Source: Azolla caroliniana
Lineage: Eukaryota > Plantae > Polypodiophyta
DNA: 64,000 nt
NCBI GenBank assembly: GCA_043228905.1
Contig: JBHGNT010000003.1
Coordinates: 12,214,001 to 12,278,000 of the forward strand
Direction: 5' to 3'
Shown: positions 13,909-26,978 of the stretch, in pieces
Position numbering within the stretch: position 1 is the stretch's first letter
How the letters are laid out: every line of letters starts with the position of its first letter
Position numbers and translations under genes: made by a program
The notes under the pieces: generated by a model
Told to the model about the DNA's origin: nothing
Seen by the model: only the letters and a program-made list of their open reading frames with translations
Databases searched by the model: none

Positions 13909-14640
13909 AGGGTCACAGAGCCACTGGGGTAGTTAGACCACACTATTAATGTACATTACACCATCAAAAACACAAAACCAAAAACATTAGGCTAAAAATA
14001 AGAAGTAAAAACATGTTTAGAAATTCTGAATTAAGGTCAATATACAGTAGAATTTGGCCTGCAATCTGAGATCTGGACACTGATGGGGATGTCAAAATTC
14101 TAGTAATTTGAGGGTTTAGAGAACTCAGAGACGTTAGATATACATTTATCTTGCCCTGTAATCAAGTTCCTAGGTTTCTAACCTTGTTTCCCCCATCCTA
14201 CAAGTCCTTTACACCACTTACTAGGAATGCACTTATTGTAACACTGAAATGAGGCCAAAACATTACTGGATTGCTAATTTGGCACACCATACCACCTTCA
14301 TTTACTAGGAATGTGCATACTGGAAAACTGAAGTGAGGCCAAAACATTACTATACCACCTTACTACCTTACTACCATTGCTAGTTAGGAGGATATAGGTT
14401 TAGGTTTCACTATTCCACTATCTAAACTCCCTTTCCAATGCCTCTTACTAGGTTTTTGACCTTATTACTACACCCTTTAAGTAGGTCCCTTACACAAGTT
14501 GTTAGGCAAGAGCTTAATGAGGCCAAGCTATTTTTTGAATTCTCATTTTCCAAAACTTACCATCTTACAATACATTATCATTTGAGAGAATGTAGGTTTA
14601 GGTTCACTGTTCTATTATTTCATGTAGATTGATTGATCCT

Positions 14641-15480
14641 ATGGAGGAGAGGCCACTCAGAAAAATTCGGATTAAGTATCAAAGCTCTCCTCCAGAGACA
14701 ACAAAGATCCCTGTTGTCACGTATCTGCAAAAGGGAAAGAAACTTGTCTTTGAGGATGAAGTCGTAAGGCAGCCGTTTGACGAAGTTAGTCAGAAGACAT
14801 CTGTCATGGCTGGAGGAGGTGAAGACCAGCTGGACAGAGACTTAATTGGACACGAGTGGGCATTGCAATATGTCGACTCGAAAAAGAAGGTAGTACTCTT
14901 AGTTTTCAGACTTGCTGGACGTGGGATGTTTGCCCAATATCGGCCATTTAGCTATGGCAAAATTTTGCGGCTTGACTATGAAGATGCGGACTCAACTAAT
15001 TTGATTGTGTTAGTCAACTGTACAAAAGGAGTCCATAAGATGACCGTCTCCGAAGACTACTTGTTGAAGGATTCATGCGGGCCAAAATCCTTCCAGAATG
15101 CTATTGAGCCAAGTACCAACCTGATAACAACACTGACGCCATACATTCAAGGCCATGTTAATTTGAAGGCAGCCTCTTTATGACCTGTTAAAGCACCAAT
15201 AAAGAAATATGTTGTGCAGTCTAGGCCTCAAAAAACGAAGGTGACAAGAATGTTAGATTCTGAGTCATCGAGTTCAACAGAAGATGATGAGGCTCAATCT
15301 ACACTAGGAGCAGAGCAAAATAAAATAAGAAGGGACATCATCCATAGAAAGCTTGTGCGTAAGGGGCAAGTTTTTAACCTTCCGATAACCCATATCCATC
15401 GTCCCCCTCTGGATGAGAATACAGGACGTCGTCCTTTGGAGATCAGAGAACCACATAAGATGCACGTCCAAAACTTATAG
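14641..15480 (+). pseudogene. Second (accessory) ORF of the Sola1-like element, truncated, with one in-frame TGA
   Basis: ORFs 14629-15183 and 15214-15480 are in the same frame, separated by a single TGA, and lie inside the TIRs. Confidence 0.6.
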
Positions 15481-18400
15481 TGGAACTGAAGGAGGCATTG
15501 GTAGATATTGGGGAGTATTTGCTTTATTGGAGGGGATTATACAACAATAATCATGTTTCTATGGTTGATGGTTGTCTAGACTGGATGTATGGAGGGCTAT
15601 CAATGTGTGTTCTGTATAGATTATTAGTACTCCATTTGTATATATGTGTTTAACTTCTTGATTTAGTGTTTATGTGTACACAATCAAATGAAAATTTTAA
15701 TACATGCTTCAACCTTACTACTGGAGTGTTGTCTCTATTTTGGCACCCAAAAATTTAGCACTGCCTATGCCTTAATAATTGTCATATATGTTTTGGGTAT
15801 ATTCTTTTATGTCTAATGTCATGTAAACTAATAGTTATGAGTACGCTTTCTACTTCTAATTTTCATGTGTTATAAACATATACATTTGGTATTATATCCT
15901 AATGATCTTTACTAAGGATTAATTGCGATGTATTGTATTCAATAATATGTAAATATCATTTTGTCAAATAGCATATACACCTCTCTTGGAAAGTTTAACC
16001 ATTGTAAACCTCTGCATTTTACATCTCACGAAAATGGAATCCCTGTTTGTTAATGCTCTCCTCAAATAATTAATTTGTATCAAATGAATGCGCGGTAAAC
16101 CCCAACCCTAAATTTGTAAACATTGCAAAAATAAATCTCATACATTTATATTTTCTCCAATAAATAACATGTTCTCTAGGTATAGAGATGCATCGGATTA
16201 ATAAATCAATAAATTCACGATCTTTGGTTGATCATGTGATACTGGTGCATGTCAGATTTCACAACAGGCTAAAATTGTGTGACTACAAAGGGAATCTAAA
16301 AGTGGAATGCGCGATCCTTCCACTTCTGAACGCGAACGTGTTTAATTGCAAAACAAAGGCTAGGACGAGTTCTTGTGACTAAATATCGAAGTTTTCCTAT
16401 TAATTGTTTAAAGGGAAATTGTTGCATAAAATTAATATCTCTTTTTGTGGTTGGACCATCGGATATGCTTAAGTTACATGTTAGTGATAAGGGAGTAGGG
16501 CAAGGTTTAATGTTTAACATTCCGAAGGATTTCAAAATTTCATTAATGAATTTATTTTGATGAATGATCAAGGTGCCCATACTACGATTACGTGTACCTT
16601 GCATGCCTAGGAAATAAGATAGGGGACCTAAATCTGTTATTGAAAATGCTTTGGAAAGTTCTAGCTTTGCTTGAGTAATTTCAGATGGTGTTCCGACTAT
16701 AGGAATGTCATCCACATATAGTCCTACCACTAACAACCGATTAGATGTATGATTATGTCTAATGTATATATTTGATTCAGATAACAATCTAGAATAGCCA
16801 GGTGAGACCATAAAATTGTTAAATTTGAAACCATAACCTAGGAGATTGTTTGAGTCCATAAAGTGACCGATGTAACCGACACACATAGTTTCGTTGAGAG
16901 TGTGACGCAAACCCATGAGGTTGTGACATGTAGATTTCTTCGGGTAAATCACCATGTAGAAATGCCATTTGTACATCCAAATGATGTACCTCAAGGTCAA
17001 GAATGGTGGCCAGAGCCATTAGGAGCCGAAAAGATGCCATGTGAAGAACGGGTGAGAATGTCTCAGAATAGTCAAGTCCTTCAACTTGAGAAAAACCACG
17101 AGTGACAAGTCGAGCTTTGTAACGTGCAACAGTACCTTCAAGGTTTAGTGTTTTCTTCAACGCCCATTTGCATGAAATAGGTGAGCGTGCCATTGGGAGT
17201 GGTACTAGAGTCCACGTTTTGTTGGCCTCAAGAGATTCAAGTTCTTTTGCCATGGCAGCTTGCCATTCATTATGATCTGGACTTTGCAATGCCTCATTGA
17301 TAGTTAAGGGATCATCATAAATGTTTGATGTGGTTGAGGGGGAACCAAGTGCCGAAAATGCAAACTCAGGTTCAAATTGACGATCCGCAACAAGAGCATC
17401 TATTTTTTTGTGTGATCATAAAGATCTTGAATAGTATGAACTTTCTTTGGAGTAGATGTAGGGCTAAGTGAACTAGGTGATTTCGCGATGTTAGAACTAT
17501 TTGTATGTTCTATATGTTGATTATTAGTGGAATATGAAGTATTTCTACATCCTATTTTAATTACTTTTGCATCATTGTGACCAATGGTTTTCAACTTGCC
17601 ATTAAGGCGTGAGGATCGTCGTAGTGGAATAAGGAGATTTTTGATAGGATGGGAACATGAATAATCAATGTGAGTTAGTTGTGTTGCATCTAAAAGTTTT
17701 TCCTTATGAGTGCTATGGTGATTATTAAGGCTCTTTTTAGTTTGGTTAGGGTTAGTGTTTAAAATTGGGGTATGTACATCAGTTTGTTGGGATTGTTTGG
17801 TTATTAGAGGCAATAAGTTGGAGTCATTGGTTGAACCTGAGACTTGTGGGCGGACCTCTAGAGATGAGAGCATTAATGGAGGAGAGTTAATTGTGACTTT
17901 TTGAATTTCCGAGGACATTTGTGGAGCCCGCCAAGAATTAGTAGGTGATGATATTACTTCTTTATTGGATTCAATGTTAGACATGGTAGTCGCGTCTTGT
18001 ATCTTTTCATAGCCATGATTTGGATGAGGATTAGATATCAGTTTGTCTTCATCAAATATCACTCGTTAGCTAAATATAAATCTTTTGGATTTTGGGTCAT
18101 ATAATCGATAACCCTTATAGCCATGAGGTTCACCATACCCAACAAATATTGTGCGAACTATGTGATTATCTAATTTTGATCGAGTTTCTAAGGGTCTAAG
18201 TGGATATGATGGACATCCAAAGATTCTTAGATGTTTATAATTTGGATTTTTTCCAAACCACAAGGAAAATGGAGTTGTCCTAATTGATCGACTATATGTT
18301 CTATTGAATATATAACAAGCGGTCGAAACAGCCTCTTCCCAATATGTTCGGGGAAGATTTGCAATGAGTGGCATCCATATACAACAGGTTTCGTCGTTCA

Positions 18401-20430
18401 GCCCTTGAATTGTGTTGGGGTGTACATGGGATGGTAAACCGTTGTTGAATCCCATGATTTTGACAATACGTTTGGAAGTTTTGGGATTGAATTCTCCACC
18501 ATTATCTGATTGGAGTACTTTAAGGGGTAATTCTTGTTGATTTGTTGCAAGTTTATGATAGGCTTTGAATTTCTCAAGGACTTGATCACTACATTTTGTC
18601 TTGAGAAACGTGACCATCATGAACCAAGTAAAGTGATCGATAAATGTTAGGAAATATACATTTCCAGATAGGGATGGGGTAGACAAAGGACCACATATAT
18701 CTGTGTGCATTGGAGGGGTTTAGTGGTCATTGTAGGATGGGATGGAAATGGCGAGTTAGAGAGTTTTCCAAATATACACCCTTCGCAAAGGGATAGTTTC
18801 AATTTACTAGGAAGAGTAAAACCAATTGCTCTATGTTGTTGGGTCATGTGAACCATTGTTTGATGGTTTAAGTGGCCTAATCGATAGTGCCATAATAAGG
18901 TCATATAGTTGGATGTGTTTGAATCATCTATGTAGTGTGCTTCTTCGGCAGGTACCACAGAGCGACCTAAAAGGTAAAGACATCCTTGTCTTGGACAATT
19001 AACGACATAGCCTCGTGCAGAAGGTGTCTTATGACGAATGATACAATATTTGTGATAAAACTCGACGGATGTATTATCATTTGTGAGTTTATTGACAGAT
19101 ATCAAGTTTTTTGCTATGTTAGGTATATAGTAAACTTCATTGATTTCAATGAAGTTCCCATCAGAAAGTTCAAGATGGGCAATCCCATGTCCAAGGGCAT
19201 ATTCAACTCCATTGTTCCCAAATCTAATCGGGATAGGATGCTATAAGACCTTATAATCTTTGAGCCATTCAACTCTTGAGGTGAGGTGACATGTGGCACC
19301 TGTATCAAGAATCCACGTTGAAGTGGGAGAGTTGTTAAATGAAGTGAGGGCCATGAAGGCAATGAAAGAGTCTTCATTATCCTCATTGGAATTTTGTTCA
19401 TTATGACATATCTCATTATTTTGATCGTAGTCATCATGTGATGCATTGTAAGATTGGTCTTCTTTATATGTTCTTTTCCCGATGTTAGAATTCCTATAAC
19501 AATCTTTCGTTTCATGTCCACTCCTTTGACAATTTTTACAAAAGGATCTAAGGAACCTAGATTTGTTATGATTCCTTGAATCATTAAATTTAGAAGTCCG
19601 TGAATAAAATTTGGAGTTATTAGGTTGGTATGTTGATCTAGGTTTATTGTAAGGTATTTTATTGTAATTTGGATGTTTGATATTAAGTGTGGCATGAGAT
19701 GAGGAGGATTGATTTGTTGCCCTATGAAGTATGTTTTCTTGTGAGATTTATGCCACTAATGTTGGGACACTAATGTTGGATAATGTGGATTTTGTACTTA
19801 TAAATGGTTGCCATGATGGGGGTAGGGCAGCTAACAAGAGAGCGGATTGAACGGAACTTGGCAAACTAAGTCCTGAAAGGATCACATCAAGTTGAAGTTT
19901 CCAATTTTTAACAAATGCATCAACATCATCATTTTCATTTATATTCATATTTATTAAAGTTTTTAAATTTGCAACTTGGGACGTAACGTCCGTATGGAGG
20001 TAATCAACCTCTAATCTATCCCATATTTGTTTGGAGATAGTCACGGTTCTCACACTTTGCTTAAGTGTGTCCTCCATATGAGGAGAGGTTCTAAGTGAGC
20101 GTTTAAATCACGCTACTTCCATGTTTGCACGTCAAGTGCATTTGTGGGCACATTAATGTTGGGGCACATGTTGGTTCCATCGACGATATTTAACAAGTCA
20201 TGTTGTTCTCATATAATTTTCATGGTCATACGCCATGGTTGATAGTTTTTATCATTTAATTTTGCAATGTGATAAGTGCGAGACGATACCTGAGCGGCAT
20301 TTGCCGCCACATTTGCTATAACTCCACTATTTGACATGGTCGAAAATCGTTTCTTTAATTCACACGTTCGTTATTAACACCGCGACACAAATTCTTGGTG
20401 GGGTTGGACTCCTTCACCGCCCTGATACCA

Positions 20431-20677
20431 TATGGTAAATAAGGAATTATGGAATGGAAAGAGAGGGAGAGGGAGAAAGAGAAAGGGAAGAAGAAATTTT
20501 ATTGAATGATAGTTCTTTTTGTCTCTCTCTACAACCAACCGACCACATAGAGAGGAAATGTGGTAGTTATAGGTGCACCCTATTTTTGGGGTGCACATTT
20601 TCATATCATATAACTTTTCGTCTTATTATTTATTTAATTTTATTTACTTATTCTAAACTAATTAGTTTATTACAACA
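20431..20677 (-). repeat. 5' LTR of Copia element 1
   Basis: Direct repeat of 10898-11143, adjacent to the PBS. Confidence 0.93.
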
Positions 20678-20830
20678 CCTGCCCGGGCAAAAGACAATGT
20701 GAGCGAATGAAATGTGTTGACAGCTCAATATGCATAATTGGACAACCCTCCTTGCTAGGGGCTCACAACCCTCCTCTCATCAAAGAGATTGTGGAGAGAC
20801 TTAATGTGAGCTGGGTCATATGGCGCAATG

Positions 20831-21070
20831 CTACCAATGGCAAAGAAAGAAATGGGCCCTAGTATAGTACTCACGAGTTGTCCATCCATCTCCAAAGATG
20901 CTCATGAGGCACCATATCCCTAGTTTTTTCAAGTCTATGAAGGAGGAATATAATCCAAGTTTATCTTTCAAACAACAATAATCCATTAGCTCCCCAAGAG
21001 TGACAACATAATCAATGTTTCTATGGTGTTTCGAAAAGTCTAGATTCAATCTTACATGAGCACAAAACAT
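20831..21070 (-). pseudogene. Highly degenerate LINE RT fragment
   Basis: Weak resemblance of SFIDLKK to the RT motif FIDxxKA. Confidence 0.3.
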
Positions 21071-21281
21071 ATTATATTCCCATAGATTTGAGAAATTGCT
21101 AGTTTATTGTCATTTGGTACAAGGCAATATATAGTAAGTGTTTTTTGAAGTTTATAACACATCATAGAATCATTTTGTACTTTTGAAACAACTTTACTTA
21201 TTTAGCTTTAGAAGAGTGAAAATGTCATTACTAGTGCTATGATGTTTTACAAAGCCATCATGTCCATAATATCTCTCACAA

Positions 21282-22130
21282 TTGGGGTGTTTCCACTTTG
21301 CATTTGAGAACCTATTGGAAATGGATATGGTCATTCAAGGGGCCAACTAAATTTATTCTCTTTCGATGGTTATTAGTGCATATGGCACTACTCGTTGGTC
21401 ATTCATTGAAAGGGAATGTAGCACCCAATTTGCGGCAATGTGGCTTTTGCCATGAACCTTAGGAGACTACCAAGCATGTCCTATGGTCTTGTTCTTTTGC
21501 TCAACAAGTTTGGAAGAAAGTCATGTCTTTATTCCTAACAATCAATGTAGGTTGCCTATTCTCATGGGGATCAACGATGTGGGGAGTATTACATTCCGAC
21601 TTGATGTTGTATGAGGCAAACAATGTTCATGAGGCAATGACAATACATAATAGAAGATTGATATTAGTTAGTCCCTTCCAGGAACCTCGCAAGCAGGTGC
21701 GATCTGTCCAAAATTGGAAAACTATGACCACAATAACATTATGGGCATTATGGAAATATCGATGTAACCGACTTTATGATGGCGTAGACATTCATCTCTC
21801 CGATGTGCTATTTGAGATATGGGAGAACTTACTGGCAATAGTCAGTGGCCAGTATGACAATATGCAGGGTTCCCCAGTTACTATGAACAAGAAAAGGAAA
21901 AAGCTTCTTCACTTATGGAAAAGGTGCCCCTGTTTACAACGTCAACTCAAGAGCCTCAATGGCAATATGGACTTCCATGGACTCTTTCTTAAATATCAAC
22001 AAATGTAAACATCCTTGTATTTTACATCATTGTATAGGAAAAGTTGTAACCTCCTTGGTATCTAGGTTCAAGTTGTAGTCTTCGGGCATTTTGTTCTTAA
22101 TACTATTGAAGAAAATCATTTATAGAAAAA
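21282..22130 (+). mobile_element. 5'-truncated L1-type LINE (3' end only)
   Basis: zf-RVT-like remnant and ITLWALWKYRCNRLY; short A-tail; 14-bp TSD AATATCTCTCACAA at 21268-21281 and 22131-22144. Confidence 0.88.
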
Positions 22131-22955
22131 AATATCTCTCACAAATTTTCTTTGTTGCATCTAAAACTAGCTTTGCTTTAATAGAGGCGATCAGGATTGT
22201 TGATAGTTGTCTATATTATTTGTGTTCCCCACTTTGATGTAAAGCCTTGATTCAATTTGTATTCTGATCATGCACATCATTGGGTATGACAATGCATGCT
22301 TCAAAATATCACTTCTCCATGCATATGCTTTCTTTCCAATGCATTTGGGATTTTGGGGTCTAACATTGATTCAATTTGTATCCCAATCATGTATAATTAA
22401 TCTATGGATCCTTCTAACCTTAGTTGTGGCCAAATTCTTAAACCTTATGCATGCACCATCCACAATAATGACGGTGCACATAAATGAAAGAGAACCATAA
22501 TACACTCTTCCCAATTTTGGTGCTGATATAAGTGATGACACTGGTATGGTATCTAGTTGATTGCTTATACGGAAGCAATAATAAATCTTCTTGTTGAAAT
22601 AGCAAGGATAGAGCAAGTGTGAGATTGTGTGTTGTTGTGTAGCTGAATATGCACAGAGAGTGAGAGAGAGATAGTTACACAGTTTAGCAAAGAGAGAGAC
22701 TGTATTATTCTTTTTTCTTAATAACACTTTGATTACTAGCGGGAAACCTCTAAGTGAGGTAAAAACCCACAAAGAATAAAGAGAAATATACAAGTGTTGA
22801 TTAGAGACTAAAGAGCTTACACACACTCCATGTTGAAGATGAGGCCATTAGTGTGGAGTCAGAAACCGCATCTAAGTATGAAGAACCACAAGTTTGAGAG
22901 GATGAACAAAACATTAACTAAAGACAACTAGACAAAGACATAATCAAGATACAAA

Positions 22956-22959
<4 letters not shown>

Positions 22960-23007
<48 letters not shown>
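22960..23007. repeat. (GA)n microsatellite
   Basis: Seen directly. Confidence 0.97.
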
Positions 23008-23010
<3 letters not shown>

Positions 23011-23018
23011 AGAGGCAC

Positions 23019-23914
23019 TGTCTGAACCAAGAGAAAAGATAGAGTGGCGGAAGAAAGATGTAAAGAGATCACAAAAAGAGAGGAATGAATGTATTAAGAT
23101 AGAATGAGAATGGATACAAGATAGGATGAGAGCTTAAGACTGGTGTTGATTCGAATTGGTTTGAGAAGAATTGTATGTCTATATTTATAGGTTCCTATAG
23201 AATAGGCAAGAGATTTCTATAATGTTCTAGACCTAGAATATTCTAAGATGTTCTAAGATATTCTAGAATGTTCTAGAGTATTTACAATAATAAGTGTATT
23301 ACAAGAAGTAGCTTTTCGCATCTCATATGATCACAAGTTATCTTAATGGTTAGGTTCTTGATTATGTATTACAAGGTCTTGGGTTCAAGCTCAGGTGAAG
23401 CCATGGTAATGTTTATGTATTCATGACAATATCTCCCCTTCGAGAATGACAAGTGGAAGGCGGGGTTAACAATGTAGGGCCCGGCTTGTTTGGATAGATT
23501 ATTATTAGCATTTTAATAGAAACATTATTGACGGGTTCCCAAGTGCGATCACTCGAAGGATAGCCTACCCCATCAACCAGAAAATAGAGTTTATTCTGCA
23601 CAATCTTAGAATTGTAGCAACTAGCTCGTATTCGGGGTCATCAACAAGTTGGACAGAGGGCGGAGGTGGCATGACACAATTAGGAATGGAAGAGGTGCGA
23701 CAAGGCTCCAAGAGAGAGCTATGAAAGACTGGGTGAAGCCGTGTGTGTGCTGGGAGATTAAGACGAAAGGTTGCATCATTAATCCCCCTAGTGTTGAGAA
23801 AAGGACCTAAGCGTTGATAATCGAGCTTGTCTTGATGTGACAACAAAGCAACCATAATTGGTCACCAACCTTAAAAGGAGAGTTAAGATGATGGCGATCC
23901 GTGTTGGTCTTATG
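23019..23914 (-). mobile_element. Gypsy chromovirus 3' fragment (integrase C-terminus, chromodomain, PPT, 3' LTR at about 23019-23428)
   Basis: KLDYQRLGPF...LHPVFHSSLLEP; chromodomain YFLVDGVGYPSSDRTWEP; PPT AGGGGAGAT precedes TGTCATG. Confidence 0.82.
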
Positions 23915-26900
23915 TATTGGGAATATGTCCTTGTAGTGGGAGGAGCCGACTGTTTGTGCCAAGAAGTGCTGACAGTTGAAGACGAGGAGCCAACTGCGAG
24001 AGTGTCGATGGTTGAAGAGTCGATTGGGTGAATCGACCGAAAGGAGATTTAGGTCGAAGACACGACCGACTAGTCGGGCCGACTGGATGGCCTATAACCA
24101 GGCCGACCAGTTGGACCAATTGGACAATCGACCTAGAGTCGGCTGATGGCTACTTATTATTATAGATAATAATAATAGTGATGTGTAGTAAGGGTTACAT
24201 TTGTAAATAGCCCATATGATGTATAAGTATAAATACATCTCAAGAAAACATAGGAGAGTGTGTGAGAACAATAACGTGAGCCTCTGTTGTTAGAGTCGTG
24301 ATAGAGAAGAGAACGAGAGAGAGCAGACAGAGAGAGAGAGATTGGCACCATAGTTGTATTCGTAACAATAGACGCCAAGAGCCCTGTGAGGCTGATACAC
24401 TCCACCGATAGAGTGTTGTAATCTTCTCCATTGTATATTCATTGTATAGTGAAGCTCTGTTCTTCGTGGTTTTTCTCCCATTTTAGGGTTTCCATGTTAA
24501 ATTTGTGTGCATTGTTTTTGCTGTGTTTCTGAGCCTTGTATTTTAGTGTATCCTTTCTTGTGGATCAACGTTTTGATTCCCGACAATCTGGTATGAGAGC
24601 TTGAGGTTCAAGCATGGTAGGAGGTGTGAGCGGCTTCCCAGGTATGAGCCGATCGACAGAGCGGAAATACCCAGAGGGGTATTAGAGTCTGAATGGAAAC
24701 TTCTCAACAGAAAGGCAGTGGCCACCATGTAACAATGCATCGATATATGTGTCCTTGAGCATGGGGCGAACGCAACAAATGCCCACGAAATGTGGCAGAA
24801 GCTATCAAGTCTATACGAGAGGAAGAACGCCCTAAATAAATAGAACAAGAGTTGATTGCGGTGAATGAAGGCAGAAGATACCCTCTGAGAGAGAAGAACC
24901 CCCCACAGATTTCAGGATAAAGAGTATGTACTACTACCCGATGAGGGGGAGATGGAAAACTTCGAGGAAGCGAAGAGGGACACCCACAATAGAAAGTGGT
25001 TGAGTGTCATGTAGGATGAGATAGATTCCCTGCATGAGAACCAGACATATGAGCTGATGAACTTGTCGAAAGGAAAGAGGGTACTTCGGAACAAGTGGGT
25101 GTATAAGCTAAAACTGGGAGATGCCAGAAATCCACCCAGATACAAAACGTGAATTGTCGTGAAGGCTTTCAGCAAAAGAAAGGAGTGGATTTTGACATGA
25201 TATTAGCCCTGGTAGTGAAGATGACATCCATTTGAACGGTATTGAGCATAATGGCCAACATGGACCTTGAAGTCGAACAGTAGGATGTCAAAACAGTGGT
25301 CTTGCATGGATATCTCGAAGAAGAGATATATATATGCAACAGTGGGAAGAATTCGTCAAGAAGGGAAAGGAGAATCTGATGTGCTGGTTGAGGAAGAGTC
25401 CTTCGTGGTAGAACACGAATTCCACAAGACACAAGATGACCATTGCGTGTTTGTGAAGAGATATGATGGAGGAGACTTACTTGTCTTTTTATTGTACGTC
25501 GATGATATGTTGATTGTCGAACAAGAATCGAAGAAAATTGGAAGCCTAAAGAAGGCTCTAAGCAAGTCATTTGCGATGAAGGATGTGGGTCCGACAAGAC
25601 ATATCCTGGGGATGCACATTGTCCGAGACCAGGCAAAGAGGTCCGGTTGTCATAGGCAAAGTATGTGACAAAGGTGCTCTAGAGACTTTGCATGGACAAT
25701 GCGAAATCGGTCGGTTCGACACTTCAGACAAACTGCAAGTTGTTCAGGAAACAAAGTCAGAGAAATTTGAGATGACAAAGGTACCCTATGCCTCAATGGT
25801 CAGAAGCCAAATGTATGCAATGGTGTGTACCATGCATGACATTGGATATGCAGTCAGAGTCATCAACCGATTCATGAGCAATCCTGGCAAAGAGCATTGG
25901 GCATCAGTCAAGTGGATACTCCAGTACCTGAAAGGAACCTCGAGCGTGTGCCTCTGATTTGTCTCGGTTAAACCCCTATTAGAAGGCTTTAATGATTCAG
26001 ACATGTTGGCTGCTGTGGATACCAGCCGGTCCATGTCCGGATATGTAATGACATATGCAGTGGGAGCCATCTCATGGCAGTTGAGGCTACAGAAGGTCGT
26101 GGCGTTATCGACGATGGAAGCAGAGTATATGGCCACAACGGACGCGGGCAAGGAGATAATCTAGATGAAGGAGTTCATCGGAGAGTTGGGGATTCGATAA
26201 CAAGATTTCTGACTCTATTGTGACAACCAAAGAGCCATCCATCTTGCGAAGAATGTCACCTACCACTCGAGGAACAAACAGATCTAGAGGAGCTACCATT
26301 GAATCCGGGAGTGAGTAGAAGGAAAGGACTTTGCTTTGATGAAGATCCACATAGCCAAGAACAGATCGGACATGCTGACGACGATGTTGTCGGAAGAGAA
26401 GTTGGACACATGCCAAAGACGGGTTGAACTGATGAAGCACCCCATGCCGGAGTGAAGGGGGAGTTTGTTGGGAAAACATTTCCCTTCGGATGGGAAGGAG
26501 AGCACGAGACGGATCAATTCGATCCGAAGGAAAAGAGAGACCGGATTCAAATCCGGATCGGTGTCCGGATCTGCATCCGGAAAAGCACACATATGTAAAT
26601 AAGTTCTGTGTTGCACCTGTTTAGGACAAATTTGTAAGTAGTCCTAAGTTATTTATGTATAAACATAACTAAGTAAAAAATTTAGTGTGATGTAGAATTT
26701 TTGTTACTGTTGTAACTATGTGATAGAGAGAGACAGAGAGAAGCATAACATCTTTGTTGTAACTGCTTGTAGGTGAAGAAGGTGAGCTCGAGGTAGGTGC
26801 AGGTACGAAGCTCACTATATTTCCTCTCATATAGTGAACAATTTTGAGTCAGTGAACTCCCGTGGTTTTTCCCGGTTAGGGTTTTGAACGTTATATCTTG

Positions 26901-26978
26901 TGTCCAACATTTCTGTATTTTTGTTTCTCTCCGTTTGTACTTGAAACTCGGGCGTGGCCGAGTCCCATTTTCTTATCA
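23915..26978 (+). mobile_element. Tnt1/Tork-like Copia element, internally deleted and degenerate, with non-matching LTRs (about 23915-24585 and 26466-26978)
   Basis: PBS TGGTATGAGAGC at 24589; RT LLYVDDML and KVPYASMV; RNase H CDNQ.AIHLAKN; PPT GAGTGAAGGGGGAG before TGTTGGG. No TSD found. Confidence 0.8.

Larger units (their letters stand above)
11776..16342. mobile_element. Sola1-like (DUF7869-type transposase) TIR DNA transposon, internally deleted, nested in the Copia RT
   Basis: About 35-bp imperfect TIRs (AACACATTTGCGATCAGAAGTGGAAGGAT vs rc AACACGTTCGCGTTCAGAAGTGGAAGGAT); 4-bp TSD TAAT. Removing it restores the Copia RT frame CFAI-NYLSRFM. Confidence 0.85.
10898..20677 (-). mobile_element. 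Ty1/Copia LTR retrotransposon, full-length but degenerate, interrupted by a DNA transposon
   Basis: LTRs 10898-11143 and 20431-20677; TSD CCTGC (10893-10897 and 20678-20682); tRNA-iMet-type PBS TGGTATCAG at about 20430 (minus); PPT at about 11144-11150. Gag, protease, GAG-pre-integrase (LWHYRLGH), integrase (HTDICGP), RT (YKARLV, YVDD) and RNase H occur in Copia order. Confidence 0.95.
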
